Below, in pieces: positions 36,960-48,406 of a stretch of DNA of 64,000 nucleotides. This stretch comes from an uncultured Acidobacteriota bacterium (lineage in GTDB: Bacteria > Acidobacteriota > Vicinamibacteria > Vicinamibacterales > CAVVIG01), in the NCBI GenBank assembly GCA_963840225.1, contig CAWIYH010000007.1, forward strand, positions 38,608 through 102,607, written 5' to 3'. The notes below the pieces were generated by a model that had not been told where the DNA came from, made no database searches, and saw nothing but the letters and a program-made list of their open reading frames with translations. Positions within the stretch are counted from its first letter, which is position 1. Every line of letters begins with the position of its first letter. Position numbers and translations under genes: made by a program.

Positions 36960-37957
36960 AGCGCCTCAGCGCGGCGCTGGTCGTCTCACTCCTGGTCGGC
37001 ACCGCCCAGCCGGCGTTCGCGTACCTGAAGTTCGGTTTCTCGCTCGACGGGCGGACCGTCGCCCTCAAGTGGCCGCAGACGCCGGTCCACTACTGGATCA
37101 ACACCGCGACCGTCCCCGGCGTGACGACGGCGGACTTCACTGCCGCCGTCCAGCGCGGGTTTGCGACCTGGCAGGACGTATCGACGGCGTCGATCAGCTA
37201 CCAGTTCGACGGCGTCACCGACGCGCAGCCGCTCGACGACGACGGGCGATCGACGCTCGGGTTCCTCGACCGGCCGGAGCTCGATCGCGTGCTCGCATCG
37301 ACGGACTTCCTGGTCGACTCGGAGACCGGGGACATCGTCGAGTCCGACATCTTCTTCAACGCCGCGTACCCATGGTCGACGACCTCGAGCGGCGAGGCCG
37401 GCCGTTTCGACATCCAGACCATCGCCACGCACGAAATCGGCCACCTGAGCGGTCTCGGCCACTCCGCGATCGGCGAGACGGAGCTGCAGGCGGACGGCGG
37501 CCGGAAGGTGATCGCCGACGAGACGGTGATGTTCCCGATCGCCTTTCCGCCTGGAAACATCTCGAACCGGACGTTGCGCCCCGACGACATCGCCGGCCTG
37601 TCAGATTTGTACCCCGACAACGGCTTCAATCAGGACACCGGGAGCATCTCGGGGCGGGTTACGAAGGACGGCGCCGGCGTGTTCGGCGCCCACGTGGTCG
37701 CCTTCAATCCGGCCACCGGCGCGCTGATCGCGAACTTCACGCTGGACGATCGCGGCCGCTTTTCGATGGCCGGCCTCTCGCCAGGGCCGCACATCGTCCG
37801 CGTCGAGCCCATAGATGATGCCGACCTCGACAGCTTCTTCGATCCGAGCGGACTGCCGCCGGATGTCGACTTCCGTGCGACGTTCTATGACAAGCTCGTG
37901 ATCGTGCCGCGCGGCGGCGACAGCGGGACGATCGAGATTGCCGTGGTGTCGAAGTGA
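36956..37957 (+). CDS. Matrixin (M10-like) metalloprotease with C-terminal carboxypeptidase-regulatory-like domain
   Basis: Signal AFA-Y, HEIGHLSGLGHS, Met-turn VMFP, DDIAG...Y, GSISGRV..GAHV. Confidence 0.85.
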   Translation: MKRLSAALVVSLLVGTAQPAFAYLKFGFSLDGRTVALKWPQTPVHYWINTATVPGVTTADFTAAVQRGFATWQDVSTASISYQFDGVTDAQPLDDDGRSTLGFLDRPELDRVLASTDFLVDSETGDIVESDIFFNAAYPWSTTSSGEAGRFDIQTIATHEIGHLSGLGHSAIGETELQADGGRKVIADETVMFPIAFPPGNISNRTLRPDDIAGLSDLYPDNGFNQDTGSISGRVTKDGAGVFGAHVVAFNPATGALIANFTLDDRGRFSMAGLSPGPHIVRVEPIDDADLDSFFDPSGLPPDVDFRATFYDKLVIVPRGGDSGTIEIAVVSK

Positions 37958-38631
37958 GACGAGCGCTCCTGCGGGTCGCGGCCGGGACGATCTGCGGACT
38001 GTGCGCGGTCTCCGCGCGGGCGCAGACCGTGACGGCCGGTCGCTGGGAAGTGTCCGCGGGCGCCGAATGGTACGGCGGCGCCTCGTTCGGCGGATCCGAC
38101 GCCACGGAGACCTCGAGCGGGGGCGGCGGATTCACGCTGTTCACGACCTCCAGCACGCTCGGATCCGCGACCGGGGGGGTCGCGCGGGCAGATTTTCGCC
38201 TGTCGCGGCTGATTCAGCTGGAAGGCGAGGTCTGGTACGCACGGCCCGCGCTCCGCACGTCGATTTCGGGCGACACCGAGCAGGCGGCGCCGGTCACGGC
38301 ATCCGAATCCGTGCAGCAGATCGTCATCGGGGGCGCCGTCGTCGCCGACGTTCCGCGGTGGCGCCTCGGCCGGCAAGGCGTCCCCTTCGTATCCGCCGGC
38401 GCCGGCTACCTGCGGCAGCTCCACGAGGGACGGACGCTCGTCGCCACCGGACGGACGTACGCGGTTGGCGGCGGCGTCCGGTTCCTGCTGCGATCCCGGC
38501 CCGCGGGACGCGTCAAGGCGCTCGGCCTGCGCGCCGACGTACGGGCGGTCGCGCGCACGAAGGGGGTCGCGCTCGACGGTCGCACGCACGTCTCACCGGT
38601 TGTCGCCGTGTCGCTGTTCGCGCGATTCTGA
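37954..38631 (+). CDS. Outer-membrane beta-barrel protein
   Basis: Signal ARA-Q, VPFVSAGAG, GGGV, GLRADVR, C-terminal Phe (SLFARF). Confidence 0.75.
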   Translation: MRRALLRVAAGTICGLCAVSARAQTVTAGRWEVSAGAEWYGGASFGGSDATETSSGGGGFTLFTTSSTLGSATGGVARADFRLSRLIQLEGEVWYARPALRTSISGDTEQAAPVTASESVQQIVIGGAVVADVPRWRLGRQGVPFVSAGAGYLRQLHEGRTLVATGRTYAVGGGVRFLLRSRPAGRVKALGLRADVRAVARTKGVALDGRTHVSPVVAVSLFARF

Positions 38632-38673
38632 AGCTCCCGTCTCGGCCGACCTCCGCGAGACTGGGCGAACGCC

Positions 38674-39447
38674 GTGAACCAGGTGAACCCCGTGAACCCA
38701 ACGATTGAGTTCCAGTCGGTGCGTTTCGCGCGAGAAGGGCAGGAGGTGCTGGACCGATTCGACCTCGCCGTGGAGGCTGGCGAGGTCCTCGCGCTGGTCG
38801 GGCGGAGCGGGGCCGGGAAGAGCACGCTGCTGAAGCTCGTGAACCGCCTGCTCGTGCCCGACGCCGGCCGGGTGCTGGTCGAGGGACGGGATACGCGCGA
38901 GTGGGACCCGATTGCGCTGCGGCGCCGGGTCGGGTACGTGCTGCAGGAGGTCGGGCTGTTTCCCCACATGACGCTGGCCGACAACGTCGCTGTGGTGCCG
39001 CGGCTGGAGCGCTGGCCGGACGCCAGGGTCCGGTCGAGAGTACGCGACCTCCTCGAGCTCATCGGCCTGGCGCCCGACCTCTATGCGACGCGATGGCCCG
39101 ACGAGCTGTCGGGCGGCGAGCGGCAGCGCGTCGGGGTCGCGCGCGCGCTCGCGGCGGATCCGCCGATTCTGTTGATGGACGAGCCGTTCGGCGCCCTCGA
39201 CCCCATGACCCGCGCGGAGCTGCACGACGAGTTCAGCCGGATTCAGGATCGCCTGCGAAAGACCGTTATCATCGTCACGCACGACATGGGCGAGGCCTTC
39301 GCCCTGGCGACGCGGATCGGCGTGATAGACGAGGGCGCGCTCGTCGCGCACGACACGCCCGCCCGGATCGGCCGCTCCACCGATCCGCGCGTCCGCCGAC
39401 TGCTCGACGCCCTCCCGCGCCTTCCGCCGCCGGACACGACGTCATGA
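38674..39447 (+). CDS. ABC transporter ATP-binding protein, osmoprotectant (OpuCA/OsmV-like)
   Basis: GRSGAGKS, GLFPHMT, LSGGERQR, LLMDEPFGALD, VTHD; no CBS domains. Confidence 0.92.
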   Translation: MNQVNPVNPTIEFQSVRFAREGQEVLDRFDLAVEAGEVLALVGRSGAGKSTLLKLVNRLLVPDAGRVLVEGRDTREWDPIALRRRVGYVLQEVGLFPHMTLADNVAVVPRLERWPDARVRSRVRDLLELIGLAPDLYATRWPDELSGGERQRVGVARALAADPPILLMDEPFGALDPMTRAELHDEFSRIQDRLRKTVIIVTHDMGEAFALATRIGVIDEGALVAHDTPARIGRSTDPRVRRLLDALPRLPPPDTTS

Positions 39448-40988
39448 CCGCGCTCATCGCGTTCTGGACGGCGCACCGGGTCGAGCTCGCCGGTCTCTTC
39501 GGCCAGCACGTGCTGCTCGTGGCGGCGTCGACCCTGGCCGCGATCGCCATCGGCGTGCCGCTCGGGATCTTCGCGGCCAGGCGGCCGCGTCTGAGCGCGC
39601 CGCTCGTCGGCATCGCGAACATCGTGCAGACCGTTCCGAGCCTCGCGATGTTCGGATTCCTGCTGCCGGTGCCCTTCGTTGGCGGCGTCGGCGCCCGCGC
39701 CGCGGTCGTCGTTCTCATCCTGTACGGCCTGCTGCCAATCGTCCGGACGACGATCGCCGGTCTGACCGGCATCGACCCGGCGATTGTCGAGGCCGGCGTC
39801 GCGATGGGCATGACTCCGCGGCAGCTCCTGCGGCGCGTCGAGCTGCCGCTCGCGCTGCCCTCCATCGTCGCCGGGGTCCGCGTCGCCGCCGTCGTCGGCG
39901 TCGGATCGGCGACGATTGCCGCCGCCATCGGCGCCGGCGGGCTCGGCGAGTACATCTACCGCGGCCTGTCGATGGTCGATACCACCGTCATCCTGGCCGG
40001 CGCCATCCCGGCCGCGCTGCTCGCGCTGGCCGTCGACCTCCTGCTCCTGTGGATCGAACGGCTGCTGTCCGCGCGTCGGCGGCGCCGTCCGCGGCGGGCC
40101 TTGGCGATTGTCGCCTCACTGGTGGCCGCTGCGCTGCTGGTCTCGGGCAGCGCCGCGGTCCGGGCCTCGCGGGCGACGATTGTGGTCGGGTCCAAGAATT
40201 TTACGGAGCAGCTCGTGCTGGGTGAACTCCTGGCGCAGACCATCGAGCGGACGACGGACCTGAAGGTGCAGCGCCGGCTGAATCTCGGCGGCACCCTGAT
40301 TTGCGACCGCGCGCTGCTGACCGGCGACGTGGACGTGTACGTCGAGTACACGGGCACCGCGCTGACCGCGGTGTTCCACCAGCCGATTCCGTCCGATTCG
40401 CGCGCCGTCGTGCCGGTGGTCCGCGAGCTGTACGCTCGCAGCGGACGCACGCTCCTGCCGCCGCTCGGCTTCGACGATACGTTCGCCATCCTGGTGCGCG
40501 CCGCCGACGCGCGGCGGCTGCACCTCGAGACCATCGACGATGCGGCGGCAGTCGCGCCGCGGTGGCAGGCCGCGTTCGGGTACGAGTTCCTGCAGAGACC
40601 CGACGGATATCCCGGCCTCGCGCGGGCGTACGGCCTGCACTTCAAGACCCCGCCGCGCGCGATGGACCTGATGCTCAGCTACCGGGCCCTCGCCGAGGGG
40701 CAGGTGGATCTGATCGCGGGCGACGCCACCGCGGGCCTGATCGAGGCGCTCGACCTGGCGCAGCTCGACGACAATCGCCACTTCTTCCCGCCGTACGACG
40801 CCGTTCCGGTCGCGCGGTCGGAGACCCTGCTGCGGTACCCGCAGGTCAAGCGCGCGCTGGAGTCGCTCGCCGGCCTCGTCAGCGCCGCCGACATGAGAAC
40901 GATGAACTACGCCGCGGACGGCCGCCATCGGGACATCCGCAGCGTCGTGCGGGAGTTCCTCGATTCGCGGCTGAAGACGCGGCCGTGA
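39444..40988 (+). CDS. Fused ABC permease / quaternary-amine substrate-binding protein
   Basis: QTVPSLA, EAGVAMGM, GAGGLG, then GSKNFTEQ, YVEYTGT, EFLQRPDG, FFPPYD. Confidence 0.9.
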   Translation: MTALIAFWTAHRVELAGLFGQHVLLVAASTLAAIAIGVPLGIFAARRPRLSAPLVGIANIVQTVPSLAMFGFLLPVPFVGGVGARAAVVVLILYGLLPIVRTTIAGLTGIDPAIVEAGVAMGMTPRQLLRRVELPLALPSIVAGVRVAAVVGVGSATIAAAIGAGGLGEYIYRGLSMVDTTVILAGAIPAALLALAVDLLLLWIERLLSARRRRRPRRALAIVASLVAAALLVSGSAAVRASRATIVVGSKNFTEQLVLGELLAQTIERTTDLKVQRRLNLGGTLICDRALLTGDVDVYVEYTGTALTAVFHQPIPSDSRAVVPVVRELYARSGRTLLPPLGFDDTFAILVRAADARRLHLETIDDAAAVAPRWQAAFGYEFLQRPDGYPGLARAYGLHFKTPPRAMDLMLSYRALAEGQVDLIAGDATAGLIEALDLAQLDDNRHFFPPYDAVPVARSETLLRYPQVKRALESLAGLVSAADMRTMNYAADGRHRDIRSVVREFLDSRLKTRP

Positions 40989-41130
40989 CCGGCCGAGCGG
41001 CCGTTCGTGGCGGCGATTGAGAATGCCGGATGCCCCGGCGAACGGCCGTCGGTCAGGCGTGGAGGACGCCCGTATCGAGCACCTCGCCCGCCCCTGGATA
41101 GATTGGGGTGCACGTTTCCCGCCCGCCGAG

Positions 41131-42504
41131 CTACGCGGTCTTCGCGAGCGGATAGGCGATGGCCGCGCCCTCTTCCATCACCTCGCCGTGCTGGCTGATG
41201 TCGAGCCCGAGCTCCTCCTGCTCGTCCGAGACCCTCAGGGGGATGACGAAGTCGGTCACCTTGTAGAGCACCCACGAGCCGCCGAAGGAGAAGAGGGCGA
41301 CGAAGACGAGCGCCCCGCAGTGCACGAGGAACGTGTAGGCGTGGCCCGACGCCAGACCGACGTCCTTCGCGAACGCGCCGGTCAGCAGCATTCCGACCAT
41401 GCCGCCCACGCCGTGGCAGGGGAAGACGTCGAGCGTGTCGTCCAGCGTCGACTTCGACTTCCAGTGCACCATCAGGTTCGACACGACGCTCGCGACCGTT
41501 CCGATGAAGATGCTGTCGCCGACGGTGACGTACCCGGCCGCCGGCGTGATGGCGACGAGGCCGACCACGGCGCCGACGCAGGCGCCCATCGCCGACGGCT
41601 TCCGGCCGCGCCAGCCGTCGAAGAACATCCACGCCAGCGCCGCGGCCGCCGACGCCGTGTTGGTCGTCGCGAACGCCATCGCCGCCGTGCCGGACGCCGA
41701 CAGGGCCGAACCGGCGTTGAACCCGAACCAGCCGAACCAGAGCATCCCGGTCCCGAGGATGACGAACGGAATGTTGGCCGGGGCGTGGGTTTCGCTGGCC
41801 AGGTGGATCTTCCGGCGGCCGAGCGTCAGCGCGCCGGCGAGCGCCGCCAGGCCGGCCGACATGTGGACCACGGTCCCGCCGGCGAAGTCGAGCACGCCGA
41901 GGCGGTGCAGGAAGCCGTCGGGGTGCCACGTCCAGTGCGCCAGCGGGCAGTAGATGAACAGGCTGAACAGGCACATGAACAGCAGATAGCTCGTGAAGCG
42001 CACGCGCTCGGCGAACGACCCGGTGATGAGCGCCGGCGTGATGATGGCGAACTTCAGCTGGAACAGGGCGAAGACGACCAACGGAATGGTCGGCGCGAGG
42101 AGGGGATGGGTTGCCACGCCGACGCGCGTGAACATGAAGTAGGTGGCGGGATTGCCGATGATCCCGTGCAGGCTGTCGCCGAACGCCAGGCTGAACCCGA
42201 CCACGACCCAGAGGATGCTGATGACGGCCATCGCGACGACGCTCTGGAGCATCGTCGAGACCACGTTCTTGGACCGGACCATTCCGCCATAGAAGAACGA
42301 GAGCCCCGGCGTCATCAGCAGCACGAGCGCCGTGGCGGTCAGCATCCACGCCACGTCCCCCGTGTCGATCGGACCGCCGGTCACCGTCGGCGGCGCCGGG
42401 TGCAGCGCCACCGCCGCCACGCTGGCCGCCGCCAGCAGCAGGAACGGCAGCGCGGAGAAGGTGCGAAGGCGGCGCGTGGTGTGGCGGACGGTCGCGAACG
42501 TCAT
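41131..42504 (-). CDS. amtB: Ammonium transporter
   Basis: LMTPGL..FYGG, FQLKFAIIT, DFAGGTVVH, WFGWFGFNAGS, DDTLDVFPCHG (twin His retained). Confidence 0.96.
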   Translation of the reverse strand: MTFATVRHTTRRLRTFSALPFLLLAAASVAAVALHPAPPTVTGGPIDTGDVAWMLTATALVLLMTPGLSFFYGGMVRSKNVVSTMLQSVVAMAVISILWVVVGFSLAFGDSLHGIIGNPATYFMFTRVGVATHPLLAPTIPLVVFALFQLKFAIITPALITGSFAERVRFTSYLLFMCLFSLFIYCPLAHWTWHPDGFLHRLGVLDFAGGTVVHMSAGLAALAGALTLGRRKIHLASETHAPANIPFVILGTGMLWFGWFGFNAGSALSASGTAAMAFATTNTASAAAALAWMFFDGWRGRKPSAMGACVGAVVGLVAITPAAGYVTVGDSIFIGTVASVVSNLMVHWKSKSTLDDTLDVFPCHGVGGMVGMLLTGAFAKDVGLASGHAYTFLVHCGALVFVALFSFGGSWVLYKVTDFVIPLRVSDEQEELGLDISQHGEVMEEGAAIAYPLAKTA

Positions 42505-42510
42505 GGCCAG

Positions 42511-42540
42511 ATGATACCAGAAATGTGCGATATATGCACA
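42511..42540 (-). promoter_or_regulatory. amtB extended -10 (leaderless geometry) with upstream palindrome
   Basis: TG-g-TATCAT, 6 nt, ATG; TGTGC-N7-GCACA at 42524-42540. Confidence 0.55.
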
Positions 42541-42706
42541 AAAGCCTCATCACTACGACAGTAGCATGCCTGTTTGACTTGATGGTGATGGCCATATCGT
42601 GCCGATTATGCACGAACAGACGCGGATTGATGCCGTCGGTTGCGGGGGTATCGTTCGGGCGAGGACGATTTGCGGTTGCCGCTTCATCCTTTTTCGAGGG
42701 CCATCG

Positions 42707-45430
<2,724 letters not shown>

Positions 45431-45463
45431 CCCGCGCGAGCGCGCGACGCCTGCTCGAGGTCG

Positions 45464-45937
45464 CTACGCTGCAGGACGTTTCTGGCCGCTCTTCTCGGGG
45501 TCGGCGTTGATCTCGATGCGGCGCGTCCGCCGCGCCGCGGCCTTGGGGAACGCGACCGTTACGACCCCGTTGCCGTACGCCGCGTTGGCTCGATCGACGT
45601 CGAGACCCGGCGGCAGTTCGATGGTCCGCTCGTACGGGCCGTAGGTCCACTCGCGCGTCAGGTAGCGCAGGTGTTCCTGCCCCGGGCCGCGCTTGTCGCC
45701 GCGGACCGTCAGGCGCGAGTCGTCGACCTGGACCTCGACGTTCGCCGACTCGATCCCGGGCATCGCGGCGACGATGACCAGTTCGGTGTCGGTTTCAAAG
45801 ACGTTGATCGGCACGCTTTGCGAGTCCAGCTCGTGGAGGACGCGGCCACGGTCCGTCGGGCCGCCGGCGAGCTCGTCGAGCAGCCGCTCGAAATCACTCC
45901 GCAAGCCGTCAATCCGGGTCCAACCTGAACGATACAT
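45464..45937 (-). CDS. Hsp20/alpha-crystallin family protein
   Basis: PINVFET, MPGI, LTVRG, REW.YG.YER.I.LP, Y.NGV. Confidence 0.88.
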   Translation of the reverse strand: MYRSGWTRIDGLRSDFERLLDELAGGPTDRGRVLHELDSQSVPINVFETDTELVIVAAMPGIESANVEVQVDDSRLTVRGDKRGPGQEHLRYLTREWTYGPYERTIELPPGLDVDRANAAYGNGVVTVAFPKAAARRTRRIEINADPEKSGQKRPAA

Positions 45938-45981
45938 GGGCTTCCCTCCGCTTCACGCTGTTCGTCGTATCCGGTTGTTCC

Positions 45982-45997
45982 TGCAAAGCGGACTCCA
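45982..45997 (-). promoter_or_regulatory. Sigma54 (-24/-12) promoter candidate for hsp20
   Basis: TGGAGTCCGCTTTGCA: GG-N10-GC with TTGCA, about 45 nt upstream of ATG. Confidence 0.6.
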
Positions 45998-46148
45998 GCG
46001 GGAACCGGGAGGACGTTGCGCGGGGCATCGATCGGGCGCGGAATGTGTTGAAATGGTCACGGGCCGCCGGCCACGTCGCGCAGGCCGGAGGTCGGGCGAA
46101 GAAGCGATGAAGCGATGAAGCGACGAGAGACGACCAAGAGGTGATGTC

Positions 46149-47108
46149 GTGTCGGTGACCGCGGCGGACGTGAAGGCAAAGGCGATCGAGCTCGGCTTTG
46201 ATGCGTGCGGCATCGCGCCAGCCGGCGATCTGCCCGAGCTTGGCGCGTTCGCGTCGTGGCTCGCCCGGGGGTACGCTGGAGACATGGCGTATCTGGGCCA
46301 CTCCGCCCACCGCCGCGCCGACGTGCGCCGCGTCCTCCCCTCGGCCCGCTCGGTCGTCGTCACGGGCACCTTGTACAACGTCGGTCGCCCGTACTCGGTC
46401 GAGTGCGCGGACCCGTCGCGCGCAACAGTCGCGCGATACGCCTGGGGCGACGACTACCACGACGTCCTCGCTGCGCGCCTGAATCGCCTGCTCGAGTGGC
46501 TGCGGACGACGGCGGGCGAGGCGTTCGAGGCGCGGGCGTACGTGGACACCGGTCCCGTGCAGGAGCGCGTCTACGCGCGGCACGCCGGCGTCGGCTGGAT
46601 CGGGAAGAACACCTGCGTCATTCATCCGACACTCGGCTCGTGGCTGTTCCTGGGCGAGATCATCTGCAGCCTGCCGCTCGAGCCCGACGAGCCGGCCTTC
46701 GATCAATGCGGCACGTGCACGCTCTGCATCGAGGCCTGTCCGACCCAGGCCATCGTGGCGCCGGGCGAGCTCGACGCACGCCGGTGCATTTCGTACCTGA
46801 CGATTGAACAGCGCGGGCCGATTCCCGAGAGGTGGCGCCAGGCGGTCGGATCGCACGTGTACGGCTGCGATATCTGCCAGGAGGTCTGTCCCTGGAACCA
46901 GCACGCGCCGCGCTCCGACGATCCCGCGTGGCAGCCGCGGCCGGCCTGGGACGCGGTCGCCATCGAGGAGCTGGCCGGCCGATCGGATGAGACGCTGGCG
47001 GCCGACCTGCGTGGCACGGCGATGCGTCGAGCCAAGGCGAGCGGGCTGCGCCGCAACATCGAATGCGCGCGCGCGAACGTCGCGAACGGGCAACGGAACG
47101 CCTCATGA
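46149..47108 (+). CDS. queG: Epoxyqueuosine reductase
   Basis: ARYAWGDDYH, YVDTGPVQER, GWIGKN, GSWLFLG, CGTCTLCIEACPT, CISYLTIE, GCDICQEVCPWN. Confidence 0.95.
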   Translation: MSVTAADVKAKAIELGFDACGIAPAGDLPELGAFASWLARGYAGDMAYLGHSAHRRADVRRVLPSARSVVVTGTLYNVGRPYSVECADPSRATVARYAWGDDYHDVLAARLNRLLEWLRTTAGEAFEARAYVDTGPVQERVYARHAGVGWIGKNTCVIHPTLGSWLFLGEIICSLPLEPDEPAFDQCGTCTLCIEACPTQAIVAPGELDARRCISYLTIEQRGPIPERWRQAVGSHVYGCDICQEVCPWNQHAPRSDDPAWQPRPAWDAVAIEELAGRSDETLAADLRGTAMRRAKASGLRRNIECARANVANGQRNAS

Positions 47109-47752
47109 CGAGGAGGCGCGTCAGCCGCCGATCGGCGGCCGACCTCGTTCCCGACCGCCCGACGCTCCGGCGCCTCGCCTCCGCCGCGCGGGACTGTCGT
47201 GGGTGCGACTTGTGGGTCCGGGGCACCCAGACGGTCTTCGGGGAGGGCGGACGCGCTGCGCGGCTGATGTTCGTCGGCGAGCAGCCGGGCGACGTGGAGG
47301 ACCGGACCGGCCGCCCCTTCGTCGGTCCAGCGGGGCGATATCTCGACAAGGCGCTGGCGGAGGCGGGCATCGATCGCGCCGACGTCTACGTCACGAACGT
47401 CGTGAAACATTTCAAGTGGGAGCCGCGCGGGAAGCGGCGCATCCACAAGAAGCCGAACGCCTCCGAGGTTGCGGCCTGCCGGCCGTGGCTCGACGCCGAG
47501 ATCGCGCTCGTCAGGCCCCAAGCGATCGTCTGTCTCGGCGCGACCGCCGCCCGGGCGCTCTTCGGAGCCACGTTCAAGGTGACGGCGAATCGCGGCGAGT
47601 TCGTTGCCTCGGAACTGGCGCCGCTGGTCATGGCGACCGTCCACCCCTCGTCGCTGCTGCGCGCGCCGGACCAGGAAACCCGTCGCCGCGAGACCGCCCG
47701 GTTCGTCGCGGACCTGCGCAAGGTCGCGCGCCGTCTTGGCCCTCAGGCCTGA
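47105..47752 (+). CDS. udgX: UdgX family uracil-DNA binding protein (family 4 UDG fold)
   Basis: CRGCDL, GEQPG..ED, PFVGPAG, KRRIHKKP, HPSSLLR. Confidence 0.9.
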   Translation: MTRRRVSRRSAADLVPDRPTLRRLASAARDCRGCDLWVRGTQTVFGEGGRAARLMFVGEQPGDVEDRTGRPFVGPAGRYLDKALAEAGIDRADVYVTNVVKHFKWEPRGKRRIHKKPNASEVAACRPWLDAEIALVRPQAIVCLGATAARALFGATFKVTANRGEFVASELAPLVMATVHPSSLLRAPDQETRRRETARFVADLRKVARRLGPQA

Positions 47753-47760
47753 GCCCTTCT

Positions 47761-48318
47761 ATGTCGCACTCCCTTGCTCCTTCGCTGCTCCTCTCGATGC
47801 CGCAGCTCGTCGACCCCAACTTCAACCGCACCGTCGTTCTGCTCTGCAAGCACACCGACGATGGGGCCTTCGGTCTGGTGGTGAATCGGCCGCTCGTGAC
47901 GACCGGACGGGTGGTCGTGCAGCTCGATCCGCCGGTCACGACCGATCAGGAGCTTCGCGTCTGGGTGGGCGGGCCTGTCCAGCCCGAGCGCAGCTGGATC
48001 CTGGTGGGCGAGGAGCTCGACGCGTTCGCGGACGTCACCGGCGTGGCGATCGCCGAGAGCCTGTATCTGTCGACGTCTCCCGACCTCCTCCGCCGCCTCC
48101 TCGAGAACCCGGTCCCGCGGAACGCGCGGCTCGTCATCGGCTACGCGGGGTGGGGGCCCGGCCAGCTCGAAGCCGAGCTCGAGGCCTCGGCGTGGCTCAT
48201 CAGCGAGGTCAATCGCGATCTGATCTTCAGCACGCCGCCCGAGCAGATGTGGGAGCAGGCCATCCGTCGCCTCGGCGCCGATCCCGCGACGCTCCAGATG
48301 AGCCGTGGTGTGCACTGA
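47761..48318 (+). CDS. yqgE: YqgE/AlgH family protein
   Basis: DPNF.RTVV, GA.GLVVNRP, GGPV, GYAGWGPGQLEAE. Confidence 0.92.
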   Translation: MSHSLAPSLLLSMPQLVDPNFNRTVVLLCKHTDDGAFGLVVNRPLVTTGRVVVQLDPPVTTDQELRVWVGGPVQPERSWILVGEELDAFADVTGVAIAESLYLSTSPDLLRRLLENPVPRNARLVIGYAGWGPGQLEAELEASAWLISEVNRDLIFSTPPEQMWEQAIRRLGADPATLQMSRGVH

Positions 48319-48406
48319 GGGCCTGCGGAAAGGACGCCGGCGCCTTCGGTCAAACCGCCCCGAGGAGCAGGATCCGAGGGAGGCATCAGTGGATAATGAG
48401 CCTGCC

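Noticed and set aside
42588..42606. Sigma54-like CGGCACGATATGGC upstream of amtB (minus strand)
   Set aside because: GG-to-GC spacing is 9 rather than the required 10 nt.
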